From NCBI GenBank assembly GCA_964646415.1, contig CAZYEL010000002.1, positions 8,538-72,537 of the forward strand: 64,000 bases of DNA, in the 5' to 3' direction. Of the stretch, positions 37,437 through 46,725 are shown piece after piece; within the stretch, counting starts at the first letter, position 1, and every line of letters begins with the position of its first letter. Under the pieces are notes generated by a model. It was not told the origin of the DNA. It made no database searches and saw only the letters and a list, made by a program, of their open reading frames with translations. The translations under genes were made by a program, and so were the position numbers. Origin of the DNA: an uncultured Candidatus Saccharibacteria bacterium (lineage in GTDB: Bacteria > Patescibacteriota > Minisyncoccia > UBA6257 > 2-01-FULL-56-20).

Positions 37437-37887
37437 CCTTATGAGTACCCCATCCGAACTCGGAATATGGAATTTTATTCGAAAAGCTTTGAATCGCGTA
37501 CCGGATGTAGGGAATGGTGTTCTCGGGAAGATGGTCCAACGGAAACCAGTCCAAATCATCACATTTGTCCGGTTCCATATTTTTTATCTCGCCGTTCCAT
37601 TTGCTCACCGCAAAGAAGAAATCGATGCGCTCATGGTCGCCGCACCAGCGGTGCATTGTGAGCGCAAGACTCAAGTCATCGAGCGCAACCTGGACACCCA
37701 CCTCCTCCGCCGCCTCCCTCGCCATAGCTTCCCGAAATGTTTCTCCCCCTTCGGCATGTCCCGAGGGCAATCCGTAATTCCCGTCCTCATAGCCGGTCTG
37801 GAACCTTCGCGACAGTAAAATCTTCCCGTCTTTTATGAAAAGGGCGTAGATCGAAGGAATAATTTTGAAACGTTCCTTAGCTGCCAT
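37429..37887 (-). CDS. NUDIX hydrolase
   Basis: GLPSGHAEGGE....AMAREAAEEVG, EPDKC. Confidence 0.88.
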   Translation of the reverse strand: MAAKERFKIIPSIYALFIKDGKILLSRRFQTGYEDGNYGLPSGHAEGGETFREAMAREAAEEVGVQVALDDLSLALTMHRWCGDHERIDFFFAVSKWNGEIKNMEPDKCDDLDWFPLDHLPENTIPYIRYAIQSFSNKIPYSEFGWGTHKDV

Positions 37888-38269
37888 AAAGCTCTATCTG
37901 AATCCCATCCGGATCGCTTAAAAAGCAATACACTCCCTCACTCGCACCTGTACGCGGTTCGGATATATCCACTTTCATTTTTAGTTCTTCGTATGCGTTT
38001 CGTACATCCGCCACGGAAAAAGCGATATGCCGGATGCCTTTTATTTTCAGGTTCTTCAAATCGTCCTTCGGCTCCTTCTTATCTTCAAACTCCCAAATTT
38101 CGAGCCGCGCATTCCCAAGCTTCAAAAAAACCGCTTTCCCGCGTAGATCCGCCCGCGCAAAACGCTGCGCCTCTTCGAACCCGAAGATTTCTTTATAAAA
38201 CTGCGCCGAGCGTTCGAGGTCCTCAACGCTTATCGCAATGTGGTCGATTCCTTTTATGCTCCGTGACAT
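37877..38269 (-). CDS. VOC/glyoxalase family protein
   Basis: IDHIAISV, HIAFSV, DPDGIQIEL. Confidence 0.88.
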   Translation of the reverse strand: MSRSIKGIDHIAISVEDLERSAQFYKEIFGFEEAQRFARADLRGKAVFLKLGNARLEIWEFEDKKEPKDDLKNLKIKGIRHIAFSVADVRNAYEELKMKVDISEPRTGASEGVYCFLSDPDGIQIELYGS

Positions 38270-38335
38270 TTTTTATACCCCGTAAAATTTGCTTCGCTCA
38301 TCACGGGGCAAGCTTCTTCCCCTTTCAATAATAAG

Positions 38336-40966
38336 CTATCTTCCATGACAATGCTTATACTTTTTCGGTCGTCCATCTTCGTGTTTCGCTCCGCACGGGC
38401 ACGGCTCGTTCCTCCCCACTTTTCCGATTGAGTCCGCCGCCTGCCGGACTTTCGCGGGAATCACCGACACGTTCTCCGGTTGCTTCCCCGCAACACCCTG
38501 CCGTGCGAGCCGGAATACGTTTAGAAATATCCACGCATTGAAGTTCGCCCAGAAGCTCCTGAAAAGCCGGTGTGCTTCGTGGCGGTATTCCACAAGCGGG
38601 TCCTTTTGCGCGTAGGCACGAAGCCCGATGGACTCGTTCAATGCCTCAAGATCTTCGAGGTGGTTCATCCACAGGAGGTCGAGAATGTTGAGCATCCGGC
38701 CCAAGGTTTGCGGGTCGGCGCTCGCCTCAAGGCTCCGCTTTGCGAGTATATCCTTGAGCGTCGCATAATTCGCGATGTGCGCTTCCTCGCCCTTCTCCGC
38801 GATTCCAGCTTCCGCAAGCCCCTTCGCTACGTTCTCTTTCGCCTCGCCGGAGAAATCTCCCGCCTGCGCTTCGGGAGGAATAAGCACTTTCAAATGCCCC
38901 TCCGCTGCTTCAAAGACAAGTTTCGTAAGCTCACCTTTGTTCATGCTCTCCATAATCTCCTGCCGCCGCGCATAAACGGCGCTCCGCTGCTTGTTCAGCA
39001 CGTCGTCATACTCAAGCAAGTGTTTCCGCATGTCGAACGTCGCGCCCTCCACCTTCGCCTGCGCCTGCGCCACCGCTTTCGAAACGATTCCCGCCTCAAT
39101 CGGCTGGTCTTCCGGCAAATCAAAGCGCGTCATGAGTTTTTTAATCATCTCCCCACCAAAGACGCGGAGGAGGTCGTCTTCAAGCGAAAGGTAGAACCGA
39201 GAAGAGCCGGGGTCGCCCTGCCGCCCGGAACGGCCGCGGAGCTGGTTGTCTATGCGCCGCGCCTCATGCCGCTCGGTACCGATGACGTGGAGCCCTCCCA
39301 CCGCGCGCACTTTTTCCGCTTCCGCGGCTGAAGGAGGGTTGCCGCCAAGAATGATGTCCACGCCGCGCCCCGCCATGTTCGTCGCCACCGTCACCGCCCC
39401 GGCTCTTCCCGCCTGCGCGATTATCGCGCCTTCGCGCTCGTTGTTCTTCGCATTCAACACTTCGTGAGGCACGTGCTCACGCTCCAAGAACGCCGAGAGA
39501 AGCTCGTTTTTCGCAATTGAGGTCGTGCCCACCAGAACCGGCTGCCCCTTCTCGTGCCGCGCCTTGATTTCCTTCGCCGCCGCCATCCACCGCGTTTCGG
39601 CGGTTTTGTAAATCACGTCCGCCAAATCTTTCCGCACAAAGGGCTTGTTCGGCGGAATACTCGTCACCTCCATCCCGTACACTTTATGGAACTCCTCAGC
39701 AGACGTCTGCGCCGTTCCCGTCATGCCCGCGAGCTTCTTGTAGAGGCGGAAATAATTTTGAATCGAGATGCGTGCATAGGTTTTGGATTCCTGCTGCACG
39801 GGAACCGATTCCTTCGCCTCAATCGCCTGGTGGAGCCCGCCGCTGTAGCGCCGCCCGTGGAGCAGACGCCCCGTGAATTCGTCCACCAGCACAATCTCGC
39901 CGTTCTTGACCACGTAATCCTTGTCGCGGTGGAACAGCGCCTTCGCTTTCAAACTCTCTTCAAGATAGTGCACAAGCCGGAGATTTTGAGGCCCGTAAAG
40001 GTCACGCACGCCGAGCATCGCCTCCACTTTCTCAATACCCTCGTTTACGATGCACACCGACTTGGTTTTTTCATCCACGGTGTAGTGCGTCTCGGGCTGC
40101 AGGTCGCGCACCACGCGCGTGAACGTTTTGTAATACTCGCTCGACTCGGTGTCCGGCGCCGCGATGATAAGCGGCGTCCGCGCCTCGTCAATCAAAATGC
40201 TGTCCACCTCGTCGATAATCGCATAGTAATTGCTTCCCCGCGCGGACTGCACCTGGCCAAATAAACTGTAGGAAAGATTGTCCCGCAAATAATCGAAACC
40301 GAATTCGTGGTTCGTGCCGTACGTCACGTCCGCCAAGTACGCCTCGCGTCGCGTGATGGGACGCAGGAACTCCTGCTGCACGAGGAAACTTCCGGTTTCA
40401 TCGCGCTCCTTATCGAGCAGCTTTGATTCTCCTTCTCCCTCTTTTTTCTTTTCGGACTCCGCTGGTGCTTTATACGTAGGGTCGTAGAGATACGCCGCGT
40501 TTGGCACAAGGCATGCGACGGAGAGCCCCAAAGCTCGGTAAATCTGCCCCATCCACACGGCGTCGCGCCGCGCGAGGTATTCGTTCACCGTCACCACGTG
40601 CACGCCTTTCCCGCCAAGCGCATTCAAGTAGGCAGGCGCCACCGCTGCAAGCGTCTTCCCTTCACCCGTCATCATCTCGGCGATGCCGCCCTCATGAAGC
40701 ACCATGCCGCCCATAAGCTGCACATCGTAGGGGCGCTGCCCCAGGGTCCGCCGCGCCGCCTCGCGCGAGAGCGCAAACGCACGCGGCAGCATGTCGTCAA
40801 GCGGCGTCCCGCTCCCCGCCAGTGTTTTAAGCTTTGCACTCTCCTCGCGGAGCGCCTCGTCCGAGAGCTGCTGCACCTCCGGCTCAAGCGCGGTAATAGC
40901 CACCGCCCGTTCCCGGAAAGCGTTCAGCTTCCTTCCGCTAAAAATATTTTTTACGATGCCGAGCAT
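38336..40966 (-). CDS. secA: Protein translocase subunit SecA
   Basis: TGEGKT, FGFDYLRDN, DEVDSILIDEARTPL, QLRGRSGRQGDPG, SEC-C motif. Confidence 0.97.
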   Translation of the reverse strand: MLGIVKNIFSGRKLNAFRERAVAITALEPEVQQLSDEALREESAKLKTLAGSGTPLDDMLPRAFALSREAARRTLGQRPYDVQLMGGMVLHEGGIAEMMTGEGKTLAAVAPAYLNALGGKGVHVVTVNEYLARRDAVWMGQIYRALGLSVACLVPNAAYLYDPTYKAPAESEKKKEGEGESKLLDKERDETGSFLVQQEFLRPITRREAYLADVTYGTNHEFGFDYLRDNLSYSLFGQVQSARGSNYYAIIDEVDSILIDEARTPLIIAAPDTESSEYYKTFTRVVRDLQPETHYTVDEKTKSVCIVNEGIEKVEAMLGVRDLYGPQNLRLVHYLEESLKAKALFHRDKDYVVKNGEIVLVDEFTGRLLHGRRYSGGLHQAIEAKESVPVQQESKTYARISIQNYFRLYKKLAGMTGTAQTSAEEFHKVYGMEVTSIPPNKPFVRKDLADVIYKTAETRWMAAAKEIKARHEKGQPVLVGTTSIAKNELLSAFLEREHVPHEVLNAKNNEREGAIIAQAGRAGAVTVATNMAGRGVDIILGGNPPSAAEAEKVRAVGGLHVIGTERHEARRIDNQLRGRSGRQGDPGSSRFYLSLEDDLLRVFGGEMIKKLMTRFDLPEDQPIEAGIVSKAVAQAQAKVEGATFDMRKHLLEYDDVLNKQRSAVYARRQEIMESMNKGELTKLVFEAAEGHLKVLIPPEAQAGDFSGEAKENVAKGLAEAGIAEKGEEAHIANYATLKDILAKRSLEASADPQTLGRMLNILDLLWMNHLEDLEALNESIGLRAYAQKDPLVEYRHEAHRLFRSFWANFNAWIFLNVFRLARQGVAGKQPENVSVIPAKVRQAADSIGKVGRNEPCPCGAKHEDGRPKKYKHCHGR

Positions 40967-41074
40967 AGCAATAATAATAAAAACCGTGAATCCGCTCTAC
41001 CGAAGAACGCCTACAACTATACAGCGTTTAAGGTTTCTTTTCCATAACTGCGCGTCCGGATCCACTCATATGTC

Positions 41075-41114
41075 CCCCTCATTCTACCTTTCGCGCGAAA
41101 GGTAGAATGAGGGG
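41075..41114. repeat. Perfect 40-bp palindrome downstream of the ArsR gene
   Basis: CCCCTCATTCTACCTTTCGC|GCGAAAGGTAGAATGAGGGG; a related site lies at 41445-41467. Confidence 0.85.
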
Positions 41115-41142
41115 AATCAATTCTTGCTACAACGCTTATTTA

Positions 41143-41403
41143 CTACAGTAAAGCAATGATCCGCTCTACCGGAACGGACTGACTCCTGGCAAGCCAATAA
41201 TATGCCTGCGCGCTCCGCTGCTCGCGCTCCACAATGTCGCACCCACTAAGTATGCCGAGATGCTTTGAAGTTGCTTTGAGTGAAATGCGAACCTCCCGGG
41301 CAATATCTCCCACGGAGGCCTCGCCGTGATGTTTGAGGTGCTTAAGAATCGCAAGCCGCCTCCTATTGGCAAGTGCTTTTAGCGGTTTCTCCATTTCGCG
41401 CAT
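41143..41403 (-). CDS. ArsR/SmtB-family regulator
   Basis: KALANRRRLAIL, SVGDIA, TSKHL. Confidence 0.85.
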   Translation of the reverse strand: MREMEKPLKALANRRRLAILKHLKHHGEASVGDIAREVRISLKATSKHLGILSGCDIVEREQRSAQAYYWLARSQSVPVERIIALL

Positions 41404-41489
41404 AGCAATAAAATTGCAAAAAATATCCAGTGCCTCTCTCCTATACTCTACCTTTCGAGCGAAAGGTTCTCATAACGGGCGGCTTTTCG

Positions 41490-41834
41490 CTATCCCTGTT
41501 TTGATACTCGCCGGGGGTTATCTACAAACTTCGTCTTATATTTGGCGATTTCGACTTCAAGAACATGGTGCAAGCGGTCGATTGCGACCCGCACGTCTTC
41601 CGCGCATTCCTCCGCGCGCACAAGCTCCTTCGGCAAGCGGAGATTCGCCTCCGCGCGGAATATTACTCCTTTTTTGTGATGCTCCGTCGTCTTCGCGATT
41701 TCCACACGCAATTCAATGTCGCCTTCCGCATCAAACCGCTTCACAAACTTCTGAAGCGTCCCCAGCTTTTTCTCCACGAACGACTTTAATGCGGGAGTCC
41801 ACTCGAAACCGGTTGCTTTAAGATTGAGGTTCAT
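41490..41834 (-). CDS. hpf: Ribosome hibernation factor HPF/RaiA
   Basis: TPALKSFVEKKL, HHKKG.IFRAEANL, AID. Confidence 0.85.
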   Translation of the reverse strand: MNLNLKATGFEWTPALKSFVEKKLGTLQKFVKRFDAEGDIELRVEIAKTTEHHKKGVIFRAEANLRLPKELVRAEECAEDVRVAIDRLHHVLEVEIAKYKTKFVDNPRRVSKQG

Positions 41835-41878
41835 AACTATATTCTACTATACATATAAAGCCCTGCCAAAATTTCACC

Positions 41879-42805
41879 TTACAGCATCTGTACCTCCGGC
41901 TCGAGCAACACCCCGAATTTCTTTTTCACCGCACGCTGCACCCGCGCAATAAGCTTCTTTACATCTGCCGCTTTCGCGCCTCCTTTGTTCACGATGAAAT
42001 TCGGATGCTTCGTGGAAACTTCCGCGCCGCCGACGCGCGCACCTTTCATTCCGGCTTCCGAGATGAGGTACGCCGCCGGCACCACCGGGAAAGGGTCTCG
42101 CTTCACCACATGCGCAACGGCGTGAAATGCATCTTTGGGAAAATCTTTCACGTCTACGTTTTTGAAAATGCTCCCCACGTTCGGGAACTCAAGCGGATGC
42201 CGCGCCTTCCGGTACGCAATCTTCTCCGCAGTCGCCTTTTGAATCGCCCGCCGGTTATCCTTCTTCAGCCTGAACACCACTCCCGTCACAATTTCCTTTC
42301 CCCCTCTTTGTTTGAAAATACTCGAGCGATACCCGAAGCAACATTTCGCTCCCGTGCATGTTCTCTCTTGTAAACTTTGAATCCCAAGACTTCGCACTTC
42401 CAAAATAGAGTCCTTCGTTTCGCCCCCGAACGCCCCCGCATTCCCGCGGATTGCGCCGCCCACCGTTCCCGGAAGCCCGCCCGCCCATTCCAATCCCGAC
42501 AAGCCGTTTTTTGCGGCGAACGCGACAAGGCGGCGCATCGGCACTCCCGCGCCCGCATCAATACAGGTTCCTTTCACGGAAAGCGCCATGAACGCCGGGC
42601 GGACCACAAGTCCCTTGAATCCCCCGTCGTGCACGAGGAGGTTTGTGCCTCCCCCAAGCACAAAAACTTTGAGTTTTTTCTCTTTCGCAATCCGCAAAGC
42701 GCCCATAAGAACCGCAATGCTCTTCGCCTCAAAAAAATAACGGGCACGGCCGCCTATTTTGTACGCCACATGCCCGGCAAGGGAAACGTTTCTTCGAAAG
42801 CGCAT
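41879..42805 (-). CDS. murB: UDP-N-acetylmuramate dehydrogenase
   Basis: GGGTNLL, LPGTVGGA..NAGAFG, GSIFKN, HPNFIVN, LEPEV; start MRFRRN at 42805. Confidence 0.93.
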   Translation of the reverse strand: MRFRRNVSLAGHVAYKIGGRARYFFEAKSIAVLMGALRIAKEKKLKVFVLGGGTNLLVHDGGFKGLVVRPAFMALSVKGTCIDAGAGVPMRRLVAFAAKNGLSGLEWAGGLPGTVGGAIRGNAGAFGGETKDSILEVRSLGIQSLQERTCTGAKCCFGYRSSIFKQRGGKEIVTGVVFRLKKDNRRAIQKATAEKIAYRKARHPLEFPNVGSIFKNVDVKDFPKDAFHAVAHVVKRDPFPVVPAAYLISEAGMKGARVGGAEVSTKHPNFIVNKGGAKAADVKKLIARVQRAVKKKFGVLLEPEVQML

Positions 42806-42819
42806 AACATAAGGATTCC

Positions 42820-43118
42820 CTCCCGAAGAGCTGCAGGTGGTGACCTCTCCCGCACATCTCCGCAACGCGAAGCGTAAGGGTAGATGTGCGCAGATCCCGT
42901 TTGTCCACGATAGAGGCGTGCGGTGCTTCTATGCGGAGACAGCGGGATCACGCCAACTGTAACCGCTCGCGTTGTCGCTCGCGGACAGTTGCGGGACAAT
43001 TCTGCCCTACATGGTCGTCAGTGGTGACCTCCAATTCTGTTTGTAATGAATGAGTGCTCGCTGACGACCATGTAGGGAACAATATGTGAATGAGTGCTCG
43101 CCTGCAGCTCTTCGGGAG
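42820..43118. ncRNA. 299-nt highly structured element with two nested copies of a conserved motif pair
   Basis: 18-bp terminal IR; inner 17-bp IR; both enclose TGGTGACCTC ... TGAATGAGTGCTCG; three further hairpins. Confidence 0.6.
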
Positions 43119-43148
43119 TAATCATTCAAAATAATACCAATTCCCTGA

Positions 43149-43246
43149 TAAAAACCAAACCCCGCCGTGAGGCGGGGTTTGACCAAACAGATGGATGGGA
43201 CATACCTTAGTCGATATCATCGTTAAGGTATACTCACACTCATTCG
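43149..43246 (-). ncRNA. Candidate ~95-nt small RNA with its own promoter and terminator
   Basis: Promoter 43252-43280; internal stem ATACCTTA/TAAGGTAT; terminator CAAACCCCGCC-TCAC-GGCGGGGTTTG followed by a U-tract. Confidence 0.5.
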
Positions 43247-43251
43247 GGGGT

Positions 43252-43280
43252 AGTGTAGCAGATATCTTTCAAAAAAGCAA
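43252..43280 (-). promoter_or_regulatory. Sigma70 promoter
   Basis: TTGCTT-N17-TACACT with TG extension. Confidence 0.55.
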
Positions 43281-43423
43281 GGGGGGTGGTTGGTTGTGGA
43301 AGCGAGTCGGGATAATCGTCGTCGGTCTATGGGGAACACACTCTCAACAACAAAACTCAAACCTGTATTCCAACTTTATAACCAAAGTCCATTTGCCATA
43401 CTCGCCTCTATAGCCTTCAACTT

Positions 43424-44023
43424 TTAGCCAGTCCGGCGGAACACCCAAAACTTGTAGCCAAAAAAGTTCCACAGGAACGACGCGGCAACGCCGCAAAGCC
43501 CGCCGACGTTCAGCCATAACTCGGGCGAAATGCCCGGATGAGAAACAAAATTCACCACAAACGAAACCGCCCCCACATTAAGCCCCCATCCAATAAACGA
43601 GATGAAATAGAACTTAAACGCTTCCCCCGCCTTCGGGCGTTCATGCGCTCCGAACGTCCAAAATTTGTTCCAAAAAAAGCTGTTGGTCGTCGCTCCCACG
43701 AAAGCGACAGTTGCAAATACCGGAATGAGCGCGCCGGACGTTACATGGAAAAGGAGTGACTGCAGATTCAAAAGTCCGAAACTGATGAGCGTGTTCAGCG
43801 TCCCCACCGCGCCGAACTTCGCGAACTGGTAGAGCGCGGGAACAAGCTTCCCCAGGAGATACGCCACAAAGAGCGCGAACGGGGCGAACACCAGGCACCC
43901 AAACACAACCCCCGCGCGGAGCACGGGGGTTATCTCTTGCGCCACGTTTGTCAAAACGGGCTGGGCAAGAAAACCTATCGCAAGGCCGATGATGGTTACT
44001 ATCGCAAAATCCCATCTATTCAT
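43424..44023 (-). CDS. GtrA family protein
   Basis: QFAKFGAVG, NSFFWNKFWTF, WNFFGYKFWVF. Confidence 0.88.
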   Translation of the reverse strand: MNRWDFAIVTIIGLAIGFLAQPVLTNVAQEITPVLRAGVVFGCLVFAPFALFVAYLLGKLVPALYQFAKFGAVGTLNTLISFGLLNLQSLLFHVTSGALIPVFATVAFVGATTNSFFWNKFWTFGAHERPKAGEAFKFYFISFIGWGLNVGAVSFVVNFVSHPGISPELWLNVGGLCGVAASFLWNFFGYKFWVFRRTG

Positions 44024-44066
44024 TTTGGTTGACTTCTGCGTCAGTCCGCGTCCGTCTGCGCTATGA

Positions 44067-44834
44067 CTAGCGAATTTCGTAGGTGACGTTCACGCTCAAC
44101 TTCACTTCGCTTGTTCCTGGCTGAATGGTCGGTGCCACCGGCGCCGATGCGCCGCCCATTCCAAGACCGAACTTTTCGGCAGAAGCCATCATGTAAGGAA
44201 TCGGGCCTTGCTGGTACTCCGACGCGGTAATCACCCCTCCCAACACCACTCCCGCTTCTCCCGCTATCTCACGCGCCTTCGCTTCCGCCTTCCTGAACGC
44301 ATCCTTGCGCGCCTGGCTCAAGTACTGCTCCGGGTTATCAATGGTGAAGTTCACGCCTCCGATTTGGTTCACTCCAAGCGGCGTGAGCCCCGCAATAACC
44401 GTAGCCACTTTTTCGAGCTTCCGTACTTTAATAGTCAAGGTCTGCGTAAGCGTGTACCCGGTGATGAAATTCCTCTGCGTTGTGCGGTCATACTGGTAAT
44501 TCGGCTGGAGCGAGTACGAAGTGGTCTTCATGTCCGCCTCCGCAATTTCCAGGCCCTTCACGAACTTCGCCACCGCATTCATCTTCTGATTGTTGCTGTC
44601 GGAAAGTTCGTCCGGATTTTTCCCCTGCGAAATCACGGAAAACGACAATTCCGCAATGTCCGGCGCGGCGAGCGTCTTTCCCTCCGCGGAAACCGCAATC
44701 GTGCGGACCGGCACGAACGACCTCCCCCACTTCCCCACCGCGGGCATCGCAAAAAACACCGCGCACACGACCCACACCACCAGAAGCACATCAAGCAATA
44801 TCCAGAAATACAACTTTGCTCTTGTTTCGTGCAT
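44067..44834 (-). CDS. SIMPL (DUF541) domain protein
   Basis: VSAEG....PDIA, YSLQPNY, AEAKA, IQPG. Confidence 0.88.
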   Translation of the reverse strand: MHETRAKLYFWILLDVLLVVWVVCAVFFAMPAVGKWGRSFVPVRTIAVSAEGKTLAAPDIAELSFSVISQGKNPDELSDSNNQKMNAVAKFVKGLEIAEADMKTTSYSLQPNYQYDRTTQRNFITGYTLTQTLTIKVRKLEKVATVIAGLTPLGVNQIGGVNFTIDNPEQYLSQARKDAFRKAEAKAREIAGEAGVVLGGVITASEYQQGPIPYMMASAEKFGLGMGGASAPVAPTIQPGTSEVKLSVNVTYEIR

Positions 44835-44910
44835 ATCAATAGCTTATAGCGAATTGCAAATAGCGCATCGCGATAACATTAATGACTTAATAACTGATGA
44901 CCTTTATTTA

Positions 44911-45705
44911 TTACTTGTGCCTCATGCTACCACATTTTTCCGCTGCCTTCAAAATTCCCAAGAACTCCTTTGGCTTCAAACTTGCCCCGCCGACAAGCGC
45001 GCCGCCGATTTCGGGCTCGCGCAAAAATGAACCGGCATTCTTCGCGTTTACGGAGCCGCCGTACAAGACAGCAAGTGGCAAATAGCAAATGGCAAGTAGC
45101 TGGGATTTTATGAAGCGAATCATCTCGACGGCGTTTTTGGGGTCGTCCGCGGCGTGAGTCGGGTCGCCTCCACTGATTGCCCACACCGGCTCGTACGTGA
45201 TAGATAGCTTTAAGCCTTGAACTTCAAGCTTCAAGTGGTCAATGCCACTCAAATCCTCTCTAAGCTGCCGCTCCACGAAGCGCTTCGCGGCGGGAATGCC
45301 CTTGCGGCGCACCTCTTTCGACTCCCCCACGCAGAGAATTACGTGTAACCCCGCCTTGAGCGCGGCGAGTACTTTCTTGTTCACCATCACATCGGTCTCC
45401 GCGAGATTGTGCCGCCGCTCGGAGTGCCCGACAATCACATACTCCACGTTTGAACTTTTGAGCATCGCCGCCGACACCTCGCCCGTAAAAGCACCCGCCT
45501 CTTCCCAAAACACGTCCTGCGCGCCGAACTTCACCTTCCCCGTCGACTCATGCGACATATCGGTGAGCCACACGAAAGGCGGGCAAAGCACCACGTCCAC
45601 TTTCTTGGGAGAAGATTTGATAACCGCCTCCGCCAACTGCTCCGCCTCCTTGTAGGTAGGAGGGTTCATCTTCCAATTGGCGATGATGAGTTTATTCACA
45701 GGCAT
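44911..45705 (-). CDS. tpiA: Triosephosphate isomerase with two heptamer-derived segments
   Basis: ANWKMN, VGHSERR, YEPVWAI, YGGSV, LVGGASL. Confidence 0.95.
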   Translation of the reverse strand: MPVNKLIIANWKMNPPTYKEAEQLAEAVIKSSPKKVDVVLCPPFVWLTDMSHESTGKVKFGAQDVFWEEAGAFTGEVSAAMLKSSNVEYVIVGHSERRHNLAETDVMVNKKVLAALKAGLHVILCVGESKEVRRKGIPAAKRFVERQLREDLSGIDHLKLEVQGLKLSITYEPVWAISGGDPTHAADDPKNAVEMIRFIKSQLLAICYLPLAVLYGGSVNAKNAGSFLREPEIGGALVGGASLKPKEFLGILKAAEKCGSMRHK

Positions 45706-45744
45706 ATTGGGATTTTAACACAAAGCCGTAGCAAACAAGGAACT

Positions 45745-46245
45745 TCAATTCTTGATCAAAGAAAACTCAAGAAAGTTGAGTACTTTATTTTTAAGTTCAT
45801 CAAAAGAGGAAACATGTTTGTCGCTTCTTTCTGCGATTATGATTGACAAGTTATAGTAGCCATACTCTTCCGGCCTAAAATCATTGAAATCATGGAAGCT
45901 ATCATAATTCGGAAATAATTCTCTTAGCTTAGTTTGATAATCTTTTTTTGTTTTGCCTGCAATATCGTGATCGTTGTAGAAAATAAAGAATAGCGTAGTG
46001 GCTAGAGCAACTCTTTTATTGCCGTTCGAGAAGAAGTGCCCTTTGCTGATTTGGACGAGCAGATAAGCCGCTTTTTCAATAACGGTGGGATAAAAATCCA
46101 TCTGTACTCCTCGCAAAACACCGCATAATTTCTCTACGCCATTTTTTTCTAACGAGAAATCAGGAACACTTTCATGTGAAGAAAAGTGGTCTTTAACAAC
46201 TTCAAAAATAGCCCTCAAATCATCCGGGTCTACATAAATCACCAT
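45745..46245 (-). CDS. Fic/Doc (death-on-curing) toxin
   Basis: EKAAYL, HFFSNGNKRVA. Confidence 0.85.
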   Translation of the reverse strand: MVIYVDPDDLRAIFEVVKDHFSSHESVPDFSLEKNGVEKLCGVLRGVQMDFYPTVIEKAAYLLVQISKGHFFSNGNKRVALATTLFFIFYNDHDIAGKTKKDYQTKLRELFPNYDSFHDFNDFRPEEYGYYNLSIIIAERSDKHVSSFDELKNKVLNFLEFSLIKN

Positions 46246-46253
46246 TGATATCT

Positions 46254-46424
46254 CTATCTATCCGCAAGCCGTTCCAAAGCCCTGCCAAACCTAGTACTCA
46301 CAATGCTGGAGACCGATTCCCGGCGGCGCTTCACTTCACGATTTTCACGCTCGGTTTTAACATCCTTTCTTTCATTATTCTCTCTCCCCTTATTTTGGAA
46401 AAAGGACTTGATTTTATTGACCAT
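46254..46424 (-). CDS. Putative 56-aa antitoxin upstream of Doc
   Basis: MVNKIKSFFQ...STRFGRALERLADR; stop 8 nt before the toxin start. Confidence 0.6.
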   Translation of the reverse strand: MVNKIKSFFQNKGRENNERKDVKTERENREVKRRRESVSSIVSTRFGRALERLADR

Positions 46425-46632
46425 GATATGGATTTGCTAGAGATACAATTATTGTAGCACAAGCCCCTAGGTTAGTTGGGGACAGGGCCACATAGTAAAA
46501 CACGGTTCTTCATAGCATTGCAATATCGCCGGTTGGCAACAATAAGTTTGTGCGCGTTCATTTTTAATTCTATTTGCACAAAAAAAGCTTTGCGGGAGAG
46601 TTGGAATTGATGTATTATGCTTTCTGTTTGAA

Positions 46633-46704
46633 GGCCCCATCGTCTAGTGGTTAGGACACTGCGTTCTCAGCGCAGGAACAGGAGTTCGATTCTCCTTGGG
46701 GCTA
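46633..46704 (+). tRNA. tRNA-Glu(CTC)
   Basis: Acceptor GGCCCCA/TGGGGCT, anticodon arm CTGCG-TTCTCAG-CGCAG, GTTCGA T-loop. Confidence 0.95.
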
Positions 46705-46725
46705 CGGATAAAATGTTTTACTATC

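Noticed and set aside
40380-40480. Charged insertion in SecA
   Set aside because: No palindromic or tandem structure; it looks like a lineage-typical loop rather than a repeat insert.
42806-42865. N-terminal extension of murB in the track
   Set aside because: It reads through the structured element's terminal stem; the MurB fold begins at MRFRRN.
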